A stretch of 64,000 bases of DNA from the human T2T-CHM13v2.0 reference genome, Homo sapiens, in the NCBI RefSeq assembly GCF_009914755.1, contig NC_060925.1. The stretch is one strand, 5' to 3'. Under the pieces are notes generated by a model. The model had not been told where the DNA came from. It did not search any database and saw only the letters and a program-made list of their open reading frames with translations. A program made the translations under genes and the position numbers. Shown one piece after another: positions 30,399 through 44,040 of this stretch. Within the stretch, counting starts at the first letter, position 1. Each line of letters opens with the position of its first letter.

Positions 30399-31214
30399 CT
30401 ATTGGGAAATAGAAAATATAATGAAGGATAAAAGATTTAGATAGAATGAACATGAGTAACTCCTGCTCTATTGAAGGATTAGAATCGGGAGGCATCCATC
30501 AAAATCTGAGAGAGCTAATAACAACAATAAGTATACTTTACAGTTACTAAATACTTTTATATAGTATTTTATTATAGGTTTTTTTTTTGGCAGAGCAAAC
30601 ACAATTAACTTTTAAAATTAATTATATCCCAAAGTGGCACAGGCTGAAGATAAGCTTTATGTAATTGATACAACCATTTTCTAAGTGTGTTCCAAAAGTA
30701 TTAGTACAGTATTGCTTTAAAAAATATTTCCATGAGCCTACAAGTTTATAAAGTGCCACATATACACAGTGGCTCCCCTCTATGCACTTAGTTACAATAC
30801 ACATTAGATATTAAAGGCTTTAAGAAATCTCTTGAAAAATAAACTTCTTTAGCTTTGTTTAACTCAGTATTCTACATTTATTTTATCAGAGAATGGCTAT
30901 TGTTCAAAATCTTACTCACATTCTACAGTAAGATGGTCTTACTGTCCTGGGACTTCCCTTGAGAAATGTGAATCTATGTTTATTAGTGAAGGATGGATTT
31001 CTGATGGATACCAAAGGAAATCAAATTTTTGTGTGTTGTAGTCCCTCAACTTCAAGGCTATATCTGGAAGGATTACTTACTTGGTGTGTTGGGAAAATTA
31101 AGTCACGTTTACTCTAGGTTCTTAGCTGCAACTCAGGAGAGAGGTTTGGGCATCTTTGTAAAACTATCCTCTAAGATTGGATAGACCAGAATCTGACTTT
31201 GGGAGGGAGAAGAA

Positions 31215-31445
31215 TCATTCATTTTGTGAATATCATAGCTGTTGAGTACGTACTGTGTTCTAGAGACTGTTCTAAGGCTTTTACATATATTATTTGATTT
31301 AATTCTCACAACAAAAACCTAGCAAGAGGATAGTACTATAATATCTAATTTACAAATGAGGAAATTGAAGCACAGAGAGGTTGAGTAACTTGTCCAAGGT
31401 GACCCAGTGTCAGAATTGGGACTTGAACCCAGGCTTTCTTACCTA
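31215..31445 (-). mobile_element. MIR
   Basis: tttacaaatgaggaaattgaagcacagagaggttgagtaacttgtccaaggtgac...gggacttgaacccagg. Confidence 0.85.
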
Positions 31446-31450
31446 GTCTT

Positions 31451-32500
31451 CTTTTTTTGAATTTCACCTTTTGTTTTAGGTTCAGGGGTACATGTGAAAG
31501 TTTGTTACATGGGTAAATTGCATGACGCTGAGATTTGGGATATGGATGATCCCAAATCACCCGCATGATCATCCTGGTCACTCAGGTAGTGAGCATAGTA
31601 TGCAATAGGTAGTTTTTTGTAATCCTTGCCTCTCTCCCTCCTTCCCCCATCTAGTAGTCCCCAGTATTTACTCTTCCTTTCTTTATATCCATATGTACTC
31701 AATATTTAGCTCCCACTTATAAGTGAGAACCTGTGGTATTTGATTTTCTGTTCCAGCATTAATTGGCTTTGGATAATGGCCTCCAGCTACATCCATGTTG
31801 CTAGAAAGGAAGTGATTTCATTCTTTTTTTATGGCTGCTTAGTATTCCGTGGTGTATATCTACCATATTTTCTTTATCTAATCCACCATTGATGGGCATT
31901 TAGGTTGATTGCATGTTTTTGCTATTGTGAATAGTGCTACAATGACTATACGAGTGCATGTGTCATTTTGGTAGAATGATTTATGTTCCTCTGGGTGTGT
32001 ACCCAGTAATAGGATTGCTGGGTTGAATAGTAGTTCTGTTTTAAGTTCTTGGAAAAATCTCCAAACATCTTTCCACAGTAGCTGAACTAGTCTGCATTCT
32101 CACCAACAATATATAAGCATTCTCTTTTCTCTGCAACATTACCAAAATCTGTTACTTTTTCACTTTTTTTTTGTTTTTTTTTTAAGGCAGGGTCTTCCTC
32201 TGTCACCCAGGCTGGAGCACAGTGGTGCAATAATAGCTCATTGCAACCTCGAAATCCAGGGCTCAAAGGATCCTCCTGCCTCAGCCTTTTGAATAGCTGG
32301 AACTACAGGTGTGCACCACCGCGCCTGGCTAATTTTTCAAATTTCTTATAGAGATGGGGTCTTGCTTTGTTGCCTAGGCTGGTCTTGAGCTCCTGGGCTC
32401 AAGCGACCATCCTACTTTGGCCTCTCAAAGTGCTGGGATTACAGATATGAGCCACCGTGCCCGGCCTTTGACTTAGTAATAATAGTCAATCTGACTGACC
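31451..32500 (-). mobile_element. L1PB-type 3' end with nested AluJ
   Basis: ttttaggttcaggggtacatgtg...ctcccacttataagtgagaac...; candidate TSD ctagtctt at ~31443 and ~32506. Confidence 0.9.
32163..32466 (-). mobile_element. AluJ
   Basis: J-type features (gggctcaaaggatcctcctgcc; ctcctgggctcaagcgacc). Confidence 0.93.
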
Positions 32501-32829
32501 TCACTCTAGTCTTGGGACTTATAATCATCATATTACCCTGCCATCCTCCTCCAAGTAGAATAGCAGCAGCTGGGGAAAAACCAAAAAGGTAAGTGACCAT
32601 TACAATAGGTAACAGGGGTCATAAAGTGTGGTAATTCACTTAGTAGCTCTATAAAAACCAGGAGGAGAAGATGAGACATACATCTGATAATAGTCAAATG
32701 ACAAACCTTTTACCATGACATGAATGCTTTTAAACCTAAGACAGGGAGAGACTGTGTAAAACCTGGCTACATGGAATAATAGGAACAATTTCCCGTGGCT
32801 TTTGGCATCATTTATTTTGAGTGTTGTTT

Positions 32830-33500
32830 CGCCATCTCCAAAGTGATGACCATGGTACAAGCCCCATCACATCTCACTGGGAATCCTCACACAGCCAGAC
32901 CTCCTGGTCTCTCTCTTCTACTCTTGCCTCCCCATGTGCCTGCAGAGCAGCCAGAGTGAAACTTCACATCCCAGAGAAGATTGTGGAATTTCCCCATTCA
33001 AGGAAACCCCCATCTTTTTACTTTTTACTGAAATTCGTCAGTAACCCCCATCTCCTATAAGATCCTGTAGGTTATACCTTTTTCCTCTATGTTCTCATGT
33101 CCTACCATTTTCTTTGATCATTGTGTTCCAACCACACTGAGCCCTTTGTTACACCTTGTATATCTAATAGTTCCCTCAGTTTGAGGACCCTAGCTTTATA
33201 TATACACATGACTTCTGCTCTCCCTTAATAGGACCTCTGCTCAAATATTGCCTCTGAAAAATGTCCCTCATAGATGGCTCTGTATAACATAGCAGCCCTA
33301 TCCTCTTTCCATACTCTCCCCTCAGCTTCATTTTTTTCACAGCACTAATTATATTATAATTTTTGACATTACATTATTTATTGTATGCCTATTATGAGAT
33401 TATAAGATCCATGAGGGGTAGGGACTTTATTTTATTTAAAGTTATAGCCTGAGAATTGAGATCAGTCTCCAGTGCATATGGATTTGGCAATACATGTTTG
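32830..33500 (-). mobile_element. L2 fragment
   Basis: cagagcagccagagtgaaact; ctctgctcaaatattgcctc; tataagatccatgaggggtagggacttt. Confidence 0.6.
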
Positions 33501-34817
33501 TGGTGTGTCAACGCAGTAAGTTCCTAATAAGGAGAACAGCATCCTACAGAACTGTAGGTCTGGAAGTAGATGAGATTCTGAGCTCCATGATTTGGGGGCT
33601 TGCCCAGGTTGTATAGGGCTGGTGAGGGGTTGAACAAGGGCTCTGACATCCTGTCCAGTGCTCCTCTTGTTGCCTCACATTGCCTTCCTATTACCACAGC
33701 TTCTTGAAAGACTTTTGTCAGGAAAGCAGCTATTTTGGGGGAAATTAGTTTTTTTTGTTTTTTTTTTTAAACCAGAAAATGATCTGGGGTCCAAAGTGAT
33801 GCCAGTCCCATATACTGCATTACCAGGAATCCTACTCTGTCAACCTCCAACCAGTCCTTCTGAAATATGGTCATAAAATAATGGATCTGTAAACTGTTCT
33901 GGGCAATTATAGTGCTCCTGGATTGAAAGTGGGCTGTCATTAGCCATGCTTATGGACACCAGCTTGCTGCAGTTGGCTGTCAGCCAGGCTGGAAAACAGC
34001 CTTCGATTGGGAGGACACAAGTTCAATGGGATAATTAGGCAGGGTTTTGTACAAGTTTGTTGATAAAAAATGTGCTACAGATTAGCCTTTTCCCCTCTCT
34101 GTGCTGAGTTAACGATCAGACAGAACAGGTGGTAAGCTAATGGGGGAATACGAACTTAATACTTTGTTTCCTGGTCCCGCCTTTGTTGCTTTTGTGTAGA
34201 GTATGTCTTCAGAATTTTCAAACACATTCAAGCATCTTTTTCTTCCCAGTTTTATTTAGTTTAGTCTAAAATATCTGGCCCAAAGGGGTCTGAGCCATCC
34301 AGGTTTTCAAAAGGAGTTCTCCTACTTTTGTGGGAAATGCTCTAAGAATAAACATCTGGAAAATAGAACAATTACAAACAGTATGAAGTAAAAAACAAGG
34401 CTTTCAAACTAGCTGTTAAACCTCAACCACAGCAGGATCTCAGATTCCAAATGTAAGTTTGACTTTCATCTAAAAAATGTGATCCTTCTTAAGAAATAGT
34501 TCAGCCATTCATGCCTCTCTAATCACAGAGCCTCTTGTTTGGTGAGCGATGGGTTTTCAAAACGTCTATGTCCCCTACAGGTACTAAAGACTCTAAAGAC
34601 CCTAGAGCTTACTTCTAGATGCCAACTGTCAGTCTAAATAATAATAATTATAATAATAATAAAAAACAAATTGTTCTCACCCTTTATTATGATGAGACTA
34701 ATTTCCTTTTCCTCATTTTTGGATTTTATGAAAATGTTTCATAATGGTTTTAGAAGGACCTGGAGATTCAAGATTTCTTCTTTTATGGAAGACTCTCAAC
34801 AACGAAAATTTGTCCTG

Positions 34818-34818
34818 T

Positions 34819-34856
<38 letters not shown>

Positions 34857-34862
34857 TGTATG
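34818..34862. repeat. (TC)n(TG)n compound microsatellite
   Basis: Seen directly. Confidence 0.95.
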
Positions 34863-36052
34863 TAAAACTCAGTCCAATTTCTCCTTTCTTCCATGAAGTT
34901 TACTTTTGCTATTCTAGCTTTAATCATTTCCCTCATCTTCAATCTGTGCTCATGATTTTTTACTTAATTGTACACTTGCTTAAATGGTTCTTTTTTGTGT
35001 GTGACTGTCTCATCTTCAGATGGGAAGGATATGGTATAGTTAAGAAATACAGACTTTAAGAGTGATATCAGCAGGGTTGTGGACAAGTAAGGGAGCCTTA
35101 CTCCCTCATGGAACCACCAAGTAAAGAGCAACAAATGGACCAACATAGCTTTATGAGAATGCTAGAAACCAGTTAAAAATCTGCAGGAAGTCAGCAAATG
35201 CCTAATCTAGTAAAAGCTACATTCAACCTGGTAGAGAATTCCATGGCATTGTTGCTCATCTTGGCTCTATCTACTGTTGGGTGCAGAGCAGAGTAGTTGG
35301 GAGAAAGTTACCCAATTCCTGGTTCGTCCCTCAGAATGGAAGAAAAATAGTGGAACTTGTTTACAACGTTCTGATGTTTCTGGAAGCAGCTCAAGGGACT
35401 GGGTTCAGTTTCATTTAACTTGGAGTGTTGATGAGAATAATGGCATAGTTTGTATATCAGTTTAGGGACTGCTGAAAGCAGTAGTGAGAGCTGCAGGGGA
35501 ACTGGGTACCTGGGGCAAGAGAATACAAACAGAGGAATATAATAGGACATAAGGCCCTGAGAAGAAGCAAATGTGAGACTTATAGAGAAATTAAGAAATT
35601 TTAAGGCATATGGTGGGGGAAAAAAGGGCAGGGTGGGGAAGGAAGCACACACATAGGCCCAGGAAAGACATCCCCAGAAAAGACCTGAGACGACCTTGGG
35701 CCTTCATGCTAGGCCAAATAGCAAAAGTCTTCTTTTGCATGGAGCAAGTCCACAAAGATTGGGAGAAGTGACTGTTTTTTTTTTTTTCATGCCCAAGTTT
35801 CAATAAAAAAGACCACAAAGCATATAAAGAAATAGGTAAGCACGGCACATTCAAAGAGCCAAATAAATCTCCAGAAACTAACCCTAATGAAACACAGTTT
35901 TCAGACTTTCTTGGCAAAGACTTTAAAACAACTGTCTTAAATATGCTTATATTCTTAAATATGAGCCAAAGAAGAACACAGGCAGATAAGTAAAGAAAAT
36001 CATAAAAAAGATACATGAACAAAATGCACATATTCACAAGGAAATGGAAATT

Positions 36053-36350
36053 AGTCAGACCGGGTAGCTCATGCCTATAATCCCAGTACTTCAGGAAGTT
36101 GAGGTGGGAGGACTATTTGAGCCCAAGAGTTAGAGACCAGCCTGGGTAATATAGCAAAACCCTGCCTCTATTAAAAATCAAAAATTAGCTGGGCATGATG
36201 GTGTGCACCTCTAGTCCCAGCTACTAGTAGGGCTGAGGTGGGAAGGTTACCTGATGCCAGGGAAGTTGAGGCTGCAGTAAGCTAAGATTGTGCCACTGCA
36301 CTCCAGCCTATGCTACAGAGTGAGACCCTGACTCAAAACAAAGCAAAACA
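36053..36350 (+). mobile_element. AluJ
   Basis: Diverged full-length Alu with tail. Confidence 0.92.
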
Positions 36351-36416
36351 GAGATAAAAGTTATAAAAAAGAACCTAACAGAAATTAATTCTGGAGCTGA
36401 AAAACACGATAACTGA

Positions 36417-36773
<357 letters not shown>

Positions 36774-36939
36774 TAACGTTAAAGAGAGATCATTTAAAAT
36801 TATTGAGGCTAAGGTGCCAATAGAAAAATGAATGAAGAAAAGTAAACAGAGACTGAAAGACTATGGGATACTACCAAATGAACCAATATACTCATTATGA
36901 AGTTTTAGGAGAAGAGAGAAACAAAGAACAGAGAACTTA

Positions 36940-37524
36940 CAGTAGTCCTCTTTTATCAATTGGGTATGTTCCAACATCCCAAATATAGTATCAAACCCTA
37001 TATGTACTACTTACAAATTTCTTTTTCTTCCATCACAATTTCATGGATAGATTTACTTTTACTGTAGATCTTAGAAACCTCGCATAATTTTTTTCCTTCC
37101 TTGTGTCAAGAATTTTCAACTTTTTACTTAAAGGAAGCACTCCATGAACATTTTTTTTTTGGCATACCCAAATTTCCAGCATTACCTATATTACACTTTG
37201 GGGACTTTGTTAAGTAAACTAAGAGTTGCTTGAACAAAAGCACTGTGATACCATGACAGTCAATCTGATAACTGAGATGGCTACTAAATGACTAACAGGC
37301 AGGTAGTATATACAGTGTAGATATCCTAGACAGAGGGATGATTCATGTCCTAGGTAGAACAGAGCAGGATAGCACAAGATTTCATCATACTGCTCAGTAT
37401 GGCATGTGATTTAAACTTATAAATTGCTTATTTCTGGAATTTTCATTTAATATTTTCAAACTGCTGTTGACCATTGGCAATGGAAACTGTGGAAAGTGAA
37501 ACTGTGGGTGATGGTAAACTACTG
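36940..37524. mobile_element. MER44 (Tigger7-derived MITE)
   Basis: Terminal inverted ends cagtagtcc.../...aactactg after a TA; internal ctgtgataccatgacagtcaatctgataactgagatggctact. Confidence 0.75.
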
Positions 37525-38555
37525 TGTTTGGAGAAATAATGACCCCAAACTGCCCAAATTTGAGAAAAGACATGAATCTACAAATACAAGAAGCTCAACA
37601 AACTCCAAGTATGATAATCCAAAGAGATCCAACTAAAATATAGTCAACTGTGAGAAATCAAAGACAAAGGAAATCTTGAAAACAGAAATGGAAAAATAGC
37701 TATACAATGTGTCCTCAATAACACTATCAGCAGATTTCTCAGCAAAAACCTTGCAAATAAAAAAGTAGTGAGATAATATATTTAAAATGCTGAAAGAAAA
37801 AAAAAGTTGTGACTAAGAATTCTATATCCAGCAATACTGTCCTTCAAAAGCAAAGAATTAAAACTTCCCAGATTTAAAAAAATGCTGAGGAAATTCATTA
37901 CTACTAGACCTGTTCTGTAAGGAATGTGAAAGAGAATCCCTTAAGTTAAAATGAATGGATGCTAGGCCATATAAAATTTTCTAGCGAAGGTAAAAATATG
38001 GGCAAATGTAAAAACTTTCATTATTATAATTTTGGTTTTTAACTCAACTTTTTATTCTTTTATAGAATGTAGAAGGCAAAGCATAAAAATAATTATAAAT
38101 CCATGCTAATCAGTAGACAATATATCAAGGTGTAGTTTGTGATATTACAAATGCAATTTATGACACATATAACAATATGACTGAATCTTGAGGATATTAT
38201 GCTAAGTGAAATAAGCCAGTTACAAATACCATTTGATTTCATTTATATGAGGTACGTAGAATTATTAAATGCATAAAGACAGAAAGTAGAATGATAGTTG
38301 CCAACAGCTGGGGATTGGAAGAAAGAGTTGTTCTTAATAGACGCAGAGCTTCAGTTTGGGAAACTTAAAAAGTTCTGAAGAAGGATTGCCCAACAATGTG
38401 AATGTACTTAACACTACTGGACTGTACATTTAAAAACAGTTAACACGGTCAACTTTATGTTATGTGTATTTTATCACAATTAAAAAAATTTTGTTAATAT
38501 GGGCTTTGGAACCAGATGACCATGAATTTGCATTTCAAGTTCTTTTAACTCCTAG

Positions 38556-39195
38556 TGAAGTGGTGTTGTTGTCTGGGGTAAATACCCGGGTTCATTGTCT
38601 TGCATCAAGAAGATTAAGGACGTGGACATACATGAGAAGTGACTTTAGGAGCGGAATGTAATAGGCAAAAGAAAGAGAAAGGAGAACAGCTCTCTCTCTT
38701 GCGAAAGAGAGGGGCATCCAAATGGGACTTCTGGCCCACGTGGAGTGTACCAGATTTTATAGGCAGGCTGGAGGAGGTGGTGTCTGATTTATGTAGGGCC
38801 CGCAGATTGGTTGGATCAGGTGTGATGTTTACGTAGCACACAGGGAAGGCAGGCCACCCCATCGTAATCTTATTATGCAAACAGCCTTTCCACTTGGCCA
38901 GTGCCATGTTGTCTGCTCCTTACTGTACACCTGGCTGGCAAAGAGAAGAGAAGACAGAGCTGCCATTTTGAACATGCCTAGTTCCAGGTAGCCTTTTCCT
39001 GTTGGCACAACTGCAGGCATTCGCCTGTGCAAGCTTCTAGCTTGCTTGTCTATGTCTGCAGCTCGATTTTACAGGCTGCTCTTTGTTAGAAAAGAAAATG
39101 ATTTTGGGGCTGCTTTTCATTAAAAGGAAAACCTTTCTGAGGACTCCAGTACCCTCACTATCTGCCTAAATAATTTCTTCTTAACTCCTATATCA
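38556..39195 (-). mobile_element. ERV1 solo LTR (MER51A-like)
   Basis: TG...CA, 640 bp, exact 4-bp TSD CTAG (38552-38555, 39196-39199); the minus strand starts tgatataggagttaagaagaaattatttaggcagatagtgaggg; inserted in a MIR. Confidence 0.88.
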
Positions 39196-40490
39196 CTAGC
39201 TGAGTAACCTTAGGCTAATAGCCATTCACTCTGAGCCTTTTTTCCTGTAGGATAAAATAAAAATAAAGTTGCAAATGCATGTAAAACCCCTGGGGCACAG
39301 TAAAGAGAATAAACATTCTAGATGGCAACCTCTTTGATGGCAAGTCTTAATTCTAATACTACTCCAAAATGCAAGGCTAACTGTGATTTCATTTCAGGAG
39401 TGTATTTTTGCAAATGATTATGTAATCAAAGATTGAGGAACAAAAAGAAGCTGCATTAAAGTTGTGACTCAGGTGACTAGATGAAGACTGGAATGACTTT
39501 CTCACTTCTGTTACTGTGCACACATTTTAGAATAAGACAAAGTCAGTCTTCCAAAACTAACTTTTTAAAATGTTTTGGGGGTGGTGTGGGAGTGGAAAAG
39601 GGAAGGCAGCACTAAAAGGGATATATGAACACTGATATTTTCCCTCCGTGTGAACATATTTTCATAGGCTGCCCCATGGATGGCTTTGTGATACCTCACG
39701 CAGTTTCCTTTCTCATCAGCCCTTCACTTGTCCTAAGGGACAGCACCCCGCAAAAACACACTATTTCACGTAGACCTGCAGTATCCACAAAGAAAAGATG
39801 ATCTGGGACGTCCTCTGATCTTGCGTGTGGAGGATCCTTTGCCAGCTTTAGAGGAAGACAAGACATAGGGAGAAAAGGTTTTTGTTGTGGTTTGTTTTTT
39901 TTACTGCGACCTGAAATCCGCCTTACCAAAACCCATTCCAGAGAACTTTAGCCTTGGCTTCAGCCAAACAGGCAATGAAGTGTAACTTTTCAGTGACTAT
40001 TTCGGTTCCAAAACCCTTGTATATATGGATTTATTTGGAAAAATAAAGCCTTAAAATAGAAGTCCAAGCTTATCATGTGCAGGCCTTTTCCTGCCAACTT
40101 ATAAGCAACAAACTGGTGTATTTCTTCTTCCTCTTTGAGATAGAGTACATTCCAAGAGGAAGTCGATGTCAAGTATTTGGATAAACAGCTAAGATTTGAG
40201 AACCAGCTCTCCAGCAATGGGGGAGGTTTTCTCTAATATGTCCTAAGGCTGGTGTGCTACAGGTTTGTAGCAATTATTTCTTTTTTTAAAAAGCATTTTC
40301 TTCTCATTAGGGAAAAGACTTCTTGAATGAACTAAAGGGGACAGATGGAGACTTGGAACATTGTCATCACCCTTGAGCCTCTGTAACTATGATTTCTAGG
40401 GCACTCAGGTAGTTTATTGGGCAGTCATCCGAGGGGAAACTAAACACATGTTAACATGGACTGGCAGCCCCTAGTCTAAATTCTTTCAGC

Positions 40491-40831
40491 CAGTGGTCCC
40501 CAACCTTTTTGGTACCAGGGATCGATTTTATTGAAGACAATTTTTTCCATGGATGAGGTTGGGTGGGGGATGGTTTCGGGATGAAACTGTTCCACCTCAG
40601 GTCCTCAGGCATTAGAGTCTCGTAAGAAGCACGTGACCTAGATCCCTGGCATGCGCAGTTCACAATAGGGTTCGCGTTCTTACGAAAATCTAATGCCGTG
40701 GCTGATCTGACAGGAGGCGAACCTCAGGCGGTAATGTTTCCTCGCCTTCCACTCACCTCCTCTGTATGGCCCGATTCCTAACAGGCTACTGACTGGTACA
40801 GGTCTGTGGCATTTGGGGACGGGGACTCCTG
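40491..40831 (+). mobile_element. MER1B (hAT-Charlie MITE)
   Basis: cagtggtccccaacctttttgg...ggggactcctg; 8-bp TSD ctttcagc/ctttaagc. Confidence 0.9.
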
Positions 40832-41192
40832 CTTTAAGCCATAGGGTAGCAATGCTTCATTTCCATCCAGAAAAGAGGAGAAAGCGCAAGGGATGGTTGT
40901 TGCAAAATCATGTTCCCCATCAAGGGAGTCTCTTGGAGACAGTGGAGTCACATAACCAGCATGGTGACAGCAGGAATCAAGCCAGCTCCTGAACCCAAGT
41001 AGGAAAGCAGGTGACTGAATGGCAAAAACTGCCAGATACAAATATTTTCTTTTGTGCTTCTCTGTTTTTGAAGCAGCTCATGCCCTGGGAAGATGAGGAT
41101 GTCTTACAATTGTTTCCATTTAGTGATGCAGAAACTGTCACAACAATGAGTCACTGTTCTGTACAAAAGAGACCTTTGGTGGTGGAAAACTG

Positions 41193-41213
41193 GTGTGTGT
41201 GTGTGTGTGTGTC

Positions 41214-41246
<33 letters not shown>
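41193..41246. repeat. (TG)n(AG)n compound microsatellite
   Basis: Seen directly. Confidence 0.95.
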
Positions 41247-43779
41247 TTGCTCAAATTGCCATTGCCTAATCAGCCAGTAGTGATTGAATGGAGAAAGCCT
41301 TTGAACCAGATCTCAGATTCAGGGTGCTTTCATGGAGCAAAGAGAAAAAGACTGAGAAATTCACTATGGTGAGTATTGAGGTTGTACTGCAGCTCAGTCT
41401 GGAGAATTGAAGGCTCCTTCCTGAAAGGGTATGGGGACATAGAGAAAGATACCATCAGTGGATCAAAGCTACCACATTTTTGCGGTTAGATGGAGATTAC
41501 AGTAGGGAGTGACAGAGATAAAATGTTAAAAACCTCCAACATTCCAGTTTAGACACAGCCCCTCCCCTTTCTGGCCATAGTGACCGCTCTCTGGCAAGCA
41601 CTGCCCAGGGAAGATAAATCAGTTAGCCAGTGGCCTAAGGGTTAGGACTTTAAAAAACAACAACAATAAAAAAACCAAGAAGTTATAAACCGTGAGTCCA
41701 CAAGTGGCCCCAGGAGACTTGCCTTCTGCATTCTCTCTGTCTGCGCAGGACTGTGAGGCATCTCTGGGAAGCCATCAGCTCTCAGGGGCAGGCACAGGAA
41801 ACAGCTCTTCTTGTTGGCAAAATCCAGTTCGGTGGTTTGGAACAGGGTAAACAGAGAAACAAACAAGTGTTTGTTCATAGGCTGAGACCTAGGGGGTGTA
41901 TAAGGAGTAATGATCCTATCACCTAAGGAGGATGAATTCTGGGTCATTTTATGAACTGTCTTCCTTAGAAAAGCCTCCGAAGCAACTGGCAGATGAAAAC
42001 TGGAAACTATTTTGAGCTGGGATCAGGGAGTCCAGGGAGCTCAGCAGACCAGGTTACTGCCACTGCCACTCACTAATTAAGCACATGGACAAATTGCTGC
42101 CTTTTCTTGGCCTCTTTTCCTCCTCATAAACAGATGAATCCAAAACTTTTCTAAATCCAAAACTCACCAGTTACTTTTCCTCTTGTCTGCTGATCTTTAC
42201 TTTTTTTTTTTTTTCTATGACACTGCATTTTTCCCCCCTGATGTCAGGATCCAAGAGAAAGTGAAAACCTTTCTCCTGATACGGTCAATACTGGAGAACT
42301 GGGAACAATGTCAGAATGACCGGCCACCCTGAGCCAGCCCCTTCAATGGCACTGCCCCTGGGGGCTGTTCAACATATAAACTGGGGCCATTTAACATATA
42401 AACTGAATTCAAAAGTTACTTCATGTTCTACAAAAAGAATATGTTTTATTTTTAATTTACCTTCATTTTCAAAAAAATCAAGATTCTCTCTTTAAGGTGC
42501 CCCGGGCCCTATGTGTCATGCAGTACCCATTTGCAGAAACATCTTCTGTCACCAAGAGTTTCGGAGACAGTTTTTGTAGAGTTCCAGGCCTCAGTTTCTC
42601 TCTCTGTTGCAGGGAAATAATCAGACTTACCTGCCATCAGCTGCTCTGAGGTTTTTTGTGAGCTTCTCAGCTGACAGTTTTAAAAAGTAAAAACTATCCT
42701 TATATGTGATTACGTATCTTCTCAAATAAGACTTTCTTACATCTGCAGAGACTGTTTAGTCTCTTAGTCTTTTCTAGAATTCTGGGTTACGTTTAAAACA
42801 AGCACTACGTTTTATATTAATACCAAAGCTTTGAAACCACCGTGGTTAATGACTCTACCAGCTGCTTTTTGTCGTCTTTAATAGTGACCTCTTTTTAGGA
42901 ATAACTGCCACCTAATACCTTCCTCTCAAAGACTAGGTCAACAGAGAGTCATTTGGCTGATTTTTCCATCAACAAGCTAGGGGGCTGGGGGTTAGCACAA
43001 ACTGGTTGTAACCATTTTATTCTTCAGCCTCTCTCTGTGCCTGTGCCTCAGTATTTCTCCAATGAATGCTAGTAGCCTCAGGATGCAGTACAATGATGAT
43101 ACTATCCTGCCCTCCGAAGAAAAGGCACTGTTTTCCTGCCTGCTTCCCTCCAAAGCATAAACACACAAACCGTATGCTGATAGCATCATTGTTACAAATA
43201 CAAGCTTGAGATATTTAAATATTTGTGTTTAGATTCCATCTTTATCCATCACTCTTTTGCCTTTGTACAATTATGAAATGCAGATATTTTCATTCAATAT
43301 CAAAGCATCCATCCAGCCTCTTAGGAGAAATGCTGGCTTAGTTAGTGAAGTCAAAGCTTTTATGCCTTGAGTATTAAGCTTGCTGGGATCAATACATGGG
43401 AGCAGATCGTGGCAATTCTGGAATCTGGGACAAGCATCATCAGAGTGTGATCCCATCTTGAGTGCTCAGTGGAAGTAACTCCAAGCCAGGGGAAGTCCCA
43501 CCAGAAGAAAAGGCTGACTCTAAATAAGGTGCATGTTTCCAAACTATTGGTGCCTTTTGCTCCTCTGGCTTGTGTCCTTCCCAGGGTTTTATACTCAGAT
43601 ACTGGAAGTGAAACTCCTTCATGTCCAGCTCACAGCTGGCTGCCATCATGGACTCATGGAACTAAATGGATCGTGGGGCCCTTGACACAACTACAACTCA
43701 GCCCTCCTCTCACTTCTATTTTTTGTTGTTTGTATGTTATGTACAATTGACTGTAAGTCATTAGCAAACACATTTATTG

Positions 43780-44040
43780 GTGGAACCATGTAGTATTTAA
43801 GAACATAGGCTTTGAGGTTCAAAATTTGTGCATTAAATTTTACCTCTTGTTATTTGCTAGCCTTGTGGCCACAACAAAGTCTCTTAACAGCCTAATTTTT
43901 CTCATCTGTAAGATGCTGCTAATTATGTTTACTTTATTGATTTAGTATGAAGATTCAAAGAGATAATGTATGTAAAAATGAAAGCATGATATTTGGAGAA
44001 TTTTAAGCATTCATAATAATGTTTCTCATTGTTAATAATA
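43780..44040 (+). mobile_element. MIR
   Basis: taagaacataggctttgagg...ctcatctgtaagatg...gaagattcaaagagataatgtatgtaaa. Confidence 0.65.

Noticed and set aside
42362-42405. 22-bp imperfect tandem duplication (gggg...aacatataaact twice)
   Set aside because: Ordinary slippage-type tandem duplication, like several others (e.g. ~1741, ~24260).
42590-42640. Strong plus-strand acceptor and perfect minus-strand donor (ACTTACCTG); also resembles the U1 snRNA 5' end
   Set aside because: No partner splice sites defining an exon, and no further U1 similarity.
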